DNA of 44,841 nucleotides from Parcubacteria bacterium OLB19 (GTDB taxonomy: Bacteria; Patescibacteriota; Minisyncoccia; Phycocordibacterales; UBA918), in NCBI GenBank assembly GCA_001567365.1, contig JZEL01000027.1, forward strand, positions 1 through 44,841, written 5' to 3'. Below the pieces are notes generated by a model that ran no database searches, was not told the origin of the DNA, and worked only from the letters and a program-made list of their open reading frames with translations. Position numbers and translations under genes: made by a program. Shown here in pieces: positions 18,339 through 26,283 of this stretch (the first letter of the stretch is position 1; every line of letters starts with the position of its first letter).

Positions 18339-18728
18339 CTACTTACCACTCCTAAAACAATCTAAACACTTCAAGTTGCTTGTGTCTCGAGGTTGGAAAG
18401 GGAGAGAGGTTATGTCGGCACCACAGCCAGCACATTCCCAGTTGCCAGTAAAACGTGGTTTTTCTCCGGAGACCGGGACAGCGCTACCACCAAAATCATC
18501 AAAAGGCGCGGGTTCGTTAGCGATTTCAGCAAAATCAGGAATATCTGGTGCTTCGGTGGCTAGGTCTCCCATTTCAGGAGTAGACTTACTCTCACTTCTA
18601 TTGCTGTTTCCGCCTTTATTTTTCATAAAACAAGCGCGACAGGTAAGACCAGCTTCACTTCGTGGTTGAAATGGTAATTCGGTAATGGCTCCACCGCAAC
18701 TGCTACACTTCCAATTTCCTTGATACAT
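18339..18728 (-). CDS. Tandem zinc-ribbon protein of the CxxC-x17-CxxC type (here x18), two modules joined by an acidic linker
   Basis: GNWKCSSCGGAITELPFQPRSEAGLTCRACF and GNWECAGCGADITSLPFQPRDTSNLKCLDCF. The gene is visibly more GC-rich than its neighbours. Confidence 0.7.
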   Translation of the reverse strand: MYQGNWKCSSCGGAITELPFQPRSEAGLTCRACFMKNKGGNSNRSESKSTPEMGDLATEAPDIPDFAEIANEPAPFDDFGGSAVPVSGEKPRFTGNWECAGCGADITSLPFQPRDTSNLKCLDCFRSGK

Positions 18729-18824
18729 ATTGATTTTATATTTGTTAGTGAGGGATAGTATACCTCATTTAATTTTGTTTTGTCTTTTGGTGATGTGCCT
18801 TGTATCGTGTAGAATCAGTGTACT

Positions 18825-19061
18825 ATGACAACTCAACCAAACAACCCTCTGCACGGAATCACGCTTAAGACTATTGTGGAAGAATTGGTGGCACATTATG
18901 GTTGGGAAAGTTTGGGTGAGAAGATAAATATAAAATGCTTTATCGATAAACCAAGTGTAAATTCAAGTCTGACATTCTTGCGTAAAACTCCATGGGCGAG
19001 AGAGAAGGTGGAAAAATATTACATATGGACTTTTTTTAAGCGAGATGGGACAAGGAAGTAG
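18825..19061 (+). CDS. VF530/DUF2132-like small protein
   Basis: [31 protein letters not shown]...[24 protein letters not shown] matches my memory of that family's signature. Confidence 0.6.
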   Translation: MTTQPNNPLHGITLKTIVEELVAHYGWESLGEKINIKCFIDKPSVNSSLTFLRKTPWAREKVEKYYIWTFFKRDGTRK

Positions 19062-19131
19062 TTTTTTTGTAAAAATATTTGCATGTTATTATAAATATCA
19101 TTGTTTAGGAGAACTAACATTTATAAAATAT

Positions 19132-19387
19132 ATGACTAAAAAAGAATTCACACTAGAGGAAGCGAGGAAAAATTGGTGAAGTTATCGGAGTCGATTTTTC
19201 GCGGTATGACTTGGAGCAATTTAGAATAGGTTTAACAGTTGAATTAGAGCATGGTCTTCATGATCCGGAGACCAATGTTACAAATAATGATGAGTATCTT
19301 ACCGGTAAGATTGCTTGGGCACATCTAAAAGAAATTCCAGATTACTACACACGCTTGCAAGAAATGGAAAAGGAAGCTGGGTCTTAG
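19132..19387 (+). pseudogene. DUF5661-like small protein interrupted by +1 at an A5 run
   Basis: MTKKEFTLEEARK stops after 15 codons. Removing one A from 19168-19172 restores IGEVIGVDFSRYDLEQFRIGLTVELEHGLHDPETNVTNNDEYLTGKIAWAHLKEIPDYYTRLQEMEKEAGS*. Confidence 0.6.
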
Positions 19388-19404
19388 TTTATTTTATATA
19401 ATTT

Positions 19405-19722
19405 ATGTTTGAAAAACCATCTGATATTAGTAAATACCCAGAGGCTCTGTCTATCGATTATATGAGTGAAGGAGGGTATAGGTTTCTACATAGAGTGTTT
19501 AGAACTTATTTTAAGACTGATAGTCCTGTCATTATTAATACTGGTGGACTATATTTTAAATATCAATACGAAAAAGGTCACAGAACTTTTGCGGAAGGAA
19601 TAGTTTTACTCGAGGGTGATAAGGAAGTAAAGCAGGGTACGTATAATAGATTTATGAATGTGGTAAATAGTTTTAATTTGGATATGGCTTTTGATGAAAA
19701 TGGTATTGAGCGACCAATATAA
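19405..19722 (+). CDS. Hypothetical protein
   Basis: 105-aa ORF with no recognisable motif. Confidence 0.45.
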   Translation: MFEKPSDISKYPEALSIDYMSEGGYRFLHRVFRTYFKTDSPVIINTGGLYFKYQYEKGHRTFAEGIVLLEGDKEVKQGTYNRFMNVVNSFNLDMAFDENGIERPI

Positions 19723-19822
19723 TAGTCGTTGTAAAAAAGCTTATGATGAGTTATATTGGCGCGGGCGTATAAATTATCGTAATTTATGCTCGTGTACATA
19801 ATATTTATCTGGAGGAAAGTAG

Positions 19823-19960
19823 ATGAAAAGGCAAAAAGGTTTCACTCTTATCGATCTTATGATTTGGGTGTGTATTTTTGGCATTATACTTGCTGTTGTA
19901 GTACCTGCTTATAAAAAATATCAAGAAGAAGGAGATCAGACCACACAATCTGCATCATAA
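19823..19960 (+). CDS. Very short prepilin-type protein (N-terminal cleavage/methylation motif + hydrophobic helix only)
   Basis: MKRQKG|FTLIDLMIWVCIFGIILAVVVPAYKKYQEEGDQTTQSAS*. GGAGGA lies 6 nt upstream of the ATG and a terminator lies 7 nt after the stop. Below the ORF-track size cut-off. Confidence 0.65.
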   Translation: MKRQKGFTLIDLMIWVCIFGIILAVVVPAYKKYQEEGDQTTQSAS

Positions 19961-19966
19961 TAAACA

Positions 19967-19999
19967 AACACCCGTGAAAGTTGCGGGTGTTCTTTTATT
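19967..19999. terminator. Terminator between convergent genes
   Basis: AACACCCG / CGGGTGTT stem followed by CTTTTATTT. Confidence 0.7.
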
Positions 20000-20008
20000 T
20001 CTATGAAA

Positions 20009-20563
20009 TTAGTTCAAATTTTTCCAGTAAGCGTGTTCTTTTAGTAAGGTTATGATTTCAGCAAACATTTCTGTAATAGTAGTCATAATTTGATTCATTC
20101 TGTCGGTATTTGAAAGTTCAGCTACAGTGCCTGTTACTTCAGCTTTTTCAAGATTGTTTTCCAAGGTTTTAACTTCTTTGTCATCAAGAGCTAGTCGTTG
20201 AGTAACACTGTATTTTCCATAATTATCACGAATAGCTACATAAAGGCCAGTATCACCTTTGTCCTTTGGTCCATTGTTACAAAGATAACCCCAAGTCTCA
20301 TCTTTTGGATGATAAGCAAAGATTTTGCTTTCGACATAACCTTGCTTAACCTCCTTTACCTCTAATACTTCAGCAGTGTATTTATTTTCTTTAATTTGGT
20401 CTATGGCTGTACCAATAAATACAACCACATCATCTTTTCCAACAATATCAGCTAAATACATATCAACTGGCAGACAGCTAAGAGCGTGTGCTTTTGGGGT
20501 ACTGATTGGTACTGTAGAAGCTAGTAAAATTAAGCCTAAAAATGCAAAAGTAAAACGATTCAT
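20009..20563 (-). CDS. Secreted hypothetical protein
   Basis: Signal peptide MNRFTFAFLGLILLASTVPISTPKAHA, two Cys residues, and a helical C-terminus. Confidence 0.55.
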   Translation of the reverse strand: MNRFTFAFLGLILLASTVPISTPKAHALSCLPVDMYLADIVGKDDVVVFIGTAIDQIKENKYTAEVLEVKEVKQGYVESKIFAYHPKDETWGYLCNNGPKDKGDTGLYVAIRDNYGKYSVTQRLALDDKEVKTLENNLEKAEVTGTVAELSNTDRMNQIMTTITEMFAEIITLLKEHAYWKNLN

Positions 20564-20664
20564 AAATTTCTTACAATTATTATTCTATCCGCGTGTAGAC
20601 GATTTTTACGAGTGTTTTCTTACATAACTTAATAAAAAAGATGGCACAAAAGGTGTCTAAAATT

Positions 20665-20691
20665 AAAAGCGCGACCGTAGGTCGCGCTTTT
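20665..20691. promoter_or_regulatory. Terminator-like GC hairpin in the divergent region upstream of lysA
   Basis: AAAAGCGCGACC GTA GGTCGCGCTTTT. It lies inside the N-terminal extension of the track ORF 20641-21846. Confidence 0.5.
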
Positions 20692-20721
20692 AATTTTGCT
20701 AACAAAAGCTATAATGCTTTC

Positions 20722-21846
20722 ATGAAAACACCAAGGTTTGAATACAGTAGGGCTGTGATACAGGAAAGAATTAATCTTTTCCAAGGACTTCAGTCCCCAT
20801 ACGGATTAAAGGTTAGGTATGCAGTAAAAGCTAATCCGTATCCGGAAATCATTAGAATGATGGATAGTTCGGGAATTCACTTTGACGCTAGTTCAAGCTA
20901 TGAAGCGAAAGAACTACTCAGTCTCGGTGTGGTTGGTGAAAAAATTTCTCTGTCTTCACAACAAACCGCTCACGATTTGGATGAATTATTAAAATCAGGA
21001 GTTTTATTTGTAGCTACTTCCCTCAAGCAATTGGATACCTTTACGGTGTCTGAATTTCGACCAAGTACAGTGGCGGTGAGAATAAATCCAGAAGTTGGTT
21101 ATGGACATAATAAAAGAACCAGTACCGGTGGTGTAAATTCCAGTTTTGGCATTTGGCATGAATACATAGATGAAGTATTAAAAAAGACAAATGATGCCGG
21201 AGTGAAGATTGATCGAGTACATATTCATTTTGGTTCGGGTGCCGATCCTTCCGTTTGGGGTGATGTGATGGATAAATCTTTGTTGATTATGGAAAGGTTT
21301 GTTGATGCTACTATTTTGGATATTGGCGGGGGTTATAAAGTTCATCGCTATGCAGAAGAGAAAGAAGCTGATATGAAAGAAATTATGACGATGTTTAGTG
21401 TGAAGCTTGAAGAATTTTTTGCGCGAACTGGTAGAAAAATAAGTTTAGAAATTGAACCGGGTACATATTTTGTGGCTCATGCCGGTACGCTGGTGGCTAC
21501 TATTGATGATATTGTTGATACTGGAAAGGATGGTTACACTTTTCTTCGCCTTAATACTGGTATGAATGACTTCTTGCGCAGTTCACTTTATGGTGCTCGA
21601 CATAAAATCGAAGTCATGAATAACAGCGAAGTTTTAAAAGACTATGTAGTGGTAGGGCATAACTGTGAATCTGGAGATATATTGACACCAATGGCAGGAA
21701 ATCCTGAGGAGATTGAAACCAGAAAACTTAGAGAAGCTAGAATCGGTGATGAGGTTAAAATCTACGATACGGGCGCATACTGTGCCAGTATGCGCGCTAA
21801 GGGTTACAATTCTTTTCCTTCGGCTGAGGAAGTAATGGTAGATTGA
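20722..21846 (+). CDS. lysA: Diaminopimelate decarboxylase (PLP-dependent, Orn/DAP/Arg decarboxylase family 2)
   Basis: YAVKANPY (PLP lysine), HFGSG, GGGY, EPG, NCESGD. The start is moved to ATG 20722 (MKTPRFEY), downstream of the hairpin. Confidence 0.88.
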   Translation: MKTPRFEYSRAVIQERINLFQGLQSPYGLKVRYAVKANPYPEIIRMMDSSGIHFDASSSYEAKELLSLGVVGEKISLSSQQTAHDLDELLKSGVLFVATSLKQLDTFTVSEFRPSTVAVRINPEVGYGHNKRTSTGGVNSSFGIWHEYIDEVLKKTNDAGVKIDRVHIHFGSGADPSVWGDVMDKSLLIMERFVDATILDIGGGYKVHRYAEEKEADMKEIMTMFSVKLEEFFARTGRKISLEIEPGTYFVAHAGTLVATIDDIVDTGKDGYTFLRLNTGMNDFLRSSLYGARHKIEVMNNSEVLKDYVVVGHNCESGDILTPMAGNPEEIETRKLREARIGDEVKIYDTGAYCASMRAKGYNSFPSAEEVMVD

Positions 21847-21850
21847 GTCA

Positions 21851-22723
21851 TTACTGCATTAGACTAATGGCTACCAATGAGAGACCAATAACAAATACTT
21901 TTTTTGCATCCCAATGTTCTCTAAAAAATATAATAGAGAGTACGATTGGTATGACTATGTACAAAGATTGAATAGTATAAACTACAGCCAAAGCTCCTCC
22001 ATAAATCAAGGCCAACATAATAGAGGCAAAGCTTATAAATTGAGCTATACCACCCCAAAATGCTAATTTTAGAAGTTTATAATTATAAATATGAACATGA
22101 TTGTCGATTTCGTTTGGTCGGCGATTTTTGTATAAAACCGCGCCTGATAAAGCCATAAAGGCTTGCACTATCGCTACGAATAAAATTACGGAAGTGAACA
22201 ATTCAGTTCCATATTTGTTTACTACAAAAGCAATTGCTGATAAAAGACCACTCACTACAACCAAAACTAATCCTTTATGTAGGTTGCTTTGTCTAATTTT
22301 TTCAGTTTTGTTTATTAACAAGAGAGGTACAAACATTCCGACAATGATTCCGAGCCATTCAAGGGCTGTTAGGTGCTCGTTGAATAAAATTATTCCAAAA
22401 ATCAATACAAATAGAGGACTGATAAATTTATGTATCGGCAGACTGATTGTGGTGTCTATGTGTTTAAGTGAATCAACACGCAAATTGGTGCTAAGTAGAG
22501 AAGCTACACCGCTAAGTAGTGCTATCACGACCAATGGCCAAGTAATAGCATCAAATCCTTCGTAAATACCTGCCACAAACAAGCCGATAATTGAAGCTAT
22601 ACCAGCACTGTAACCATTAAAGAGACTAGAATTATAACGACGAACAGCACTAACTTTTTGAGCAAATGCCAAAAGTCCAGCTGCTACGGCGGACACAAGG
22701 GCAAAAAATAACCATAATTCCAT
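21851..22723 (-). CDS. EamA/DMT-family transporter
   Basis: Ten hydrophobic segments in two similar halves. Confidence 0.8.
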   Translation of the reverse strand: MELWLFFALVSAVAAGLLAFAQKVSAVRRYNSSLFNGYSAGIASIIGLFVAGIYEGFDAITWPLVVIALLSGVASLLSTNLRVDSLKHIDTTISLPIHKFISPLFVLIFGIILFNEHLTALEWLGIIVGMFVPLLLINKTEKIRQSNLHKGLVLVVVSGLLSAIAFVVNKYGTELFTSVILFVAIVQAFMALSGAVLYKNRRPNEIDNHVHIYNYKLLKLAFWGGIAQFISFASIMLALIYGGALAVVYTIQSLYIVIPIVLSIIFFREHWDAKKVFVIGLSLVAISLMQ

Positions 22724-22868
22724 GGTAGGGAAGTATACAGGATTAGTCTGCTATAAAGTAGTGTAAATCTTTCGCTAATGAAGAGCTTGCATTTTTCTGG
22801 ATAAGTAATAACATAGACATATTACTAATTTTATTGTGTGGGTGGTTATTAAACTAATTTTAAACACT

Positions 22869-23918
22869 ATGAAAACTATAAAAAACACCATTGCTACATT
22901 TTTGATGTTGGCACTAATTGTTCCAGTTTCGTTGTTGGTGGCTACACCAAAGGCTGAGGCAGCTTGTAGTTATCAAGGATTTTTGAGTTCTGATGGAAAA
23001 TGTGCAAATTCCTACCTTAACACTAACGGTTATTTGCGTGATAATAATAATGATTATCGTCCGTACGACTATAATTACAATTATAATTATAACTATGATT
23101 ATAACTATGGAAATTGTAGCGGCGGAAACTGTTACAATTCACAAATAGAGCATTTACGTGCAATTATTACGCATCTACAAGCAATTATTGCTTCATTGCA
23201 GAGTGGTGGTGGAAATACAGGTGGTTCAGAAATAAATGTTACTACACTTTACGCTACAAACGTGGATGATGATAGTGCAAAATTGAGAGGGGAGATTGAT
23301 TTTAATAACTCTGATACAGCTAAAGTTTGGTTTCAGTATGGAGAGAGTCGATCAGATCTTGATGAAAGAACAACCAAAATTGAGTTAGATGATTCTGATT
23401 CAAGTTTATTTAATAGTACTGTGACTAGTTTGGATGATGGTACTATCTACTACTTTAGGGCCGTGGGCGAGGATGAGGATGGGGAAGTTGATTATGGTTC
23501 AATATTAAGTTTTCGTACTGTAGGTGATTATTTTCCTTCTCTAGATGATGAACCAAAGGTTACAACCGATGAGGCCGATGATGTGACTGAAAATAGTGCT
23601 TCGTTGCAAGGTACTGTTGATATGAATGATTTTGATGACGGAAAAGTATTTTTCGTATACGGTGAGGATGAAGATTTGATTGATGACATCGAGAGAGATT
23701 TTGACACCTACAAAGATATCGACGAGGAGGGTGATGACTTGCAAAAAGTGTTGATGGATTCTAGTCTTGATGGTGATGATGATTACACTTTGGGTGTCTA
23801 TGATCTAGATGATAATACTGAATATTTCTTCAATCTATGTGTGGAATATGAGGATGAGGATAATGATGATAAGTTAAAGTGTGGAGATGTAGAGAATTTC
23901 GAGACTGATGAAAACTAG
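22869..23918 (+). CDS. Secreted, extremely acidic protein with an (Y-N/D)n repeat and two FN3/Ig-like repeats
   Basis: Signal peptide ...VATPKAEA; YDYNYNYNYNYDYNY; two related modules of about 100 aa (INVTT...YYFRAVGEDEDGEV and KVTTDEADDVTENSASLQGTV...EYFFNLCVEYEDED). The track ORF starts at an upstream GTG. Confidence 0.6.
   Translation: MKTIKNTIATFLMLALIVPVSLLVATPKAEAACSYQGFLSSDGKCANSYLNTNGYLRDNNNDYRPYDYNYNYNYNYDYNYGNCSGGNCYNSQIEHLRAIITHLQAIIASLQSGGGNTGGSEINVTTLYATNVDDDSAKLRGEIDFNNSDTAKVWFQYGESRSDLDERTTKIELDDSDSSLFNSTVTSLDDGTIYYFRAVGEDEDGEVDYGSILSFRTVGDYFPSLDDEPKVTTDEADDVTENSASLQGTVDMNDFDDGKVFFVYGEDEDLIDDIERDFDTYKDIDEEGDDLQKVLMDSSLDGDDDYTLGVYDLDDNTEYFFNLCVEYEDEDNDDKLKCGDVENFETDEN
23064..23108 (+). 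repeat. Coding hexanucleotide microsatellite (TAT/TAC-AAT/AAC/GAC)n
   Basis: 15 codons alternating Tyr with Asn/Asp. Confidence 0.8.
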
Positions 23919-23945
23919 TTTGGTTCAATAATATAATCTTAATGT

Positions 23946-24548
23946 ATGTCTAAAAAAATGTTGCTATCACTGGTTTTATTACTAGTTTTGGTTGTTGTGG
24001 CTGTGGTTTATTTGGTTGGTACAAAGCCGGTGAATGATTATGTTTTGGTGGATGGTGATAATGATAAGGTTACCAATACTAGTGAGGAGAATGTTGTGAA
24101 TCAGGTCAATGCTACCAGTACGAATGTGAAAGATGATATAGTTGAACCAACTGTATCAGCAACTTCAACGAAACCAACTTCGACTATAGACATTAAACCA
24201 ACTCAAACTTTGAAGGAGAAGTTAGTTGAGAAAAAGTGGTCTTGGGTAACTGCGACTTTAGAGGACGGTAGAGTAATGTCACCAAGAAAGCTTGAGGTTT
24301 TCACTTTAACTTTCAAGGATGATGCAACTTTCGGTGCTTCGACTGATTGTAACGGAGTGGGAGGTGATTATCGATTAAACAATAGTAGTTTAGTTCTGGA
24401 TAAAATGATGATGACGGAAATGTATTGTGAAAATTCACAAGAGTCGGATTTTGTACAAATTTTACAGAATGTGACCAGCTTTAGTTTTAGTGAAGCCGGA
24501 GAGTTGGTGTTAAATTTAAAATCAGGGGGCATAGCCATATTTAAGTAG
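23946..24548 (+). CDS. Membrane-anchored META-domain (HslJ-like) protein
   Basis: N-terminal TM helix, a Thr/Ser linker, then a META pattern: W..V.......TLTF.DD..FGASTDCNGVGGDY...N.L.....MTEMYC....E..F. Confidence 0.7.
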   Translation: MSKKMLLSLVLLLVLVVVAVVYLVGTKPVNDYVLVDGDNDKVTNTSEENVVNQVNATSTNVKDDIVEPTVSATSTKPTSTIDIKPTQTLKEKLVEKKWSWVTATLEDGRVMSPRKLEVFTLTFKDDATFGASTDCNGVGGDYRLNNSSLVLDKMMMTEMYCENSQESDFVQILQNVTSFSFSEAGELVLNLKSGGIAIFK

Positions 24549-24566
24549 GATTATATATTGAAATAG

Positions 24567-24598
24567 AAAAAACCCCGCTTGTTATGACGGGGTTTGTT
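24567..24598. terminator. Bidirectional terminator
   Basis: AAAAAACCCCG ... CGGGGTTTGTT. Confidence 0.75.
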
Positions 24599-24609
24599 AA
24601 AGTATAGTT

Positions 24610-25391
24610 TCAATAAAAAACCATATTTTTTCCTCCTTCTTTAGCCTGCTTCATGTAGGTATTAGCTCTTTCAAATACAGGGGTTTTTTCTTCGTCGTAT
24701 TGAGCGACTCCAAAACTAGCTGTAATATTAGGATGCTTACTTGGATTAATTTCCAAATCTCTTACATCTATCTCTAAGAAGGATGTTTTAATTCTGTTGG
24801 CTAGATTAATGGCGTCACCTATTTCTCCGTTGAAAATAATAACAAATTCTTCACCACCATAACGAGCGATAAAATCTGCCGGTCTAATTTTACTTTGAGC
24901 AATTTTTGCAACTATTTTCAATACTGTATCACCAGTATTGTAACCGAAAACATCGTTAATTCCTTTGAAATTATCCAAATCAAATAAAATTATACAGAAA
25001 GGTTTGTTGATTTTATCTCGTTTACCGCGTTGGAAATTAGCTATATACTTTTCTAAAGCTAAGTCCAGTGCTCGACGATTTAATAAACCTGTTAAGTGAT
25101 CTGTTAATGCTTGTCTTTGGGATCCTTCCAATTCAAGTTGTGTTTTTACATTATCCCATATCATTAAATCTATTACTGGATCCGAAAAATAGAGAGAGCT
25201 CTCATGGGTAAAAAATTACAACAATGACTAAAAATACATTTTTGCTGCAAAGCAAACATAATCGTTACGTATTCCTTTGTTGTCCCGAACTTGTTTGCAA
25301 TACTAGAAGCTTTAAGATGAAAAATTTTTCTTGCTTCAGTGTATACAGCGATTTGCTCTGAGCCTAAAGGGTGTTTGGGAATTTGAGTCAT
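24610..25391 (-). pseudogene. GGDEF-domain diguanylate cyclase with a short unknown N-terminal region; frame broken at an A6/T6 run
   Basis: LTGLLNRRAL...RYGGEEFVIIF...SFGVA is a canonical GGDEF domain. ORF 25173-25391 joins in frame (..CCNFFTHESSLYFSDPVIDLMIWDN..) if one base is added to the run at 25210-25215. Confidence 0.8.
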
Positions 25392-25542
25392 TATCTATCT
25401 CCAAAAATTAAAGCGGTTTCAAAGAATGTTTCTGTTTTAAATCATAACACAAAAAATGCATTTTGACCATAGTGTGTTTTAGATTCAAGGTTCAGGACAA
25501 ATTTGTTATTATGTAGAGTGTTATTAAATAGCTAATTTAGAT

Positions 25543-26206
25543 ATGTCAAAAAAAGTAATTAGTGTGTTTCTGGGATTGGTTTTGTTGGCGGTTATCTTAG
25601 TTTTTATAGTTAAACAAGGTGATGAGAAAACTGAAAATGTTGTGGTGGATGGTGGAAATACTAATTCAGAAATGGAAGTAAAACCAACAATGGTTGTGGG
25701 AGAAGGTTCTCTTAGTGATTTATTGGCACGTAATGAGAACTTGGAGTGTTCGATAGTTTATAAAAGAAGTGATGGGACTGATGACGTGGTGGAAGGAAGT
25801 TATTTTACCAGTAACGGAAAGATGCGAGGAGATTTTTTAACTAAAGATAGCGGAGAAGAAGTGTTGTCTTCGATGATAATAAAAGACGGAACTTTTTTAT
25901 TCTTGGTCGGTAATTGAGGGAGAAAAGTTTGGTATGAAAGCTAATTTAGAGCAAATGCAAACAATCGGCAGTGATGATAGTAAACCAAAAGCAGATAATG
26001 GCCCGGTATCTCTTGATCAGTCGGTGAAGTATGACTGTAAACCTTGGAACAGCGTAGATGGTAGTATTTTTGAACCGCCAAGCGATGTGTTGTTTAGAGA
26101 TTATAGTACAATCATAAATACTGGTATGGAATACGGTAATATCTATGATGACAATGGTGGTGATAGAGATAGGGTGCTGAAAGAACTACAAAAAGAGATG
26201 GAATAA
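25543..26206 (+). pseudogene. Membrane-anchored extracytoplasmic protein of unknown function, split by +1 at a T6 run
   Basis: ORFs 25543-25917 and 25934-26206 fuse as ...IIKDGTFYSWSVIEGEKFGMKANLEQ... when one T is removed from 25893-25898. Confidence 0.6.
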
Positions 26207-26211
26207 GGAAT

Positions 26212-26247
26212 AAGAAAAACCCCGCGCGTAGGCGCGGGGTTTTTCTT
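26212..26247 (+). terminator. Strong terminator; its GC core is identical to the one at 44803-44822
   Basis: AAGAAAAACCCCGCGC GTAG GCGCGGGGTTTTTCTT. Confidence 0.85.
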
Positions 26248-26283
26248 ATTAGTCATCCGAGTGCTATAATCACCAAACCATTT

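Noticed and set aside
20564-20721. A lysine (L-box) riboswitch upstream of lysA.
   Set aside because: The whole intergenic region is about 158 nt and contains one simple hairpin. That is far too small and simple for the five-helix L-box.
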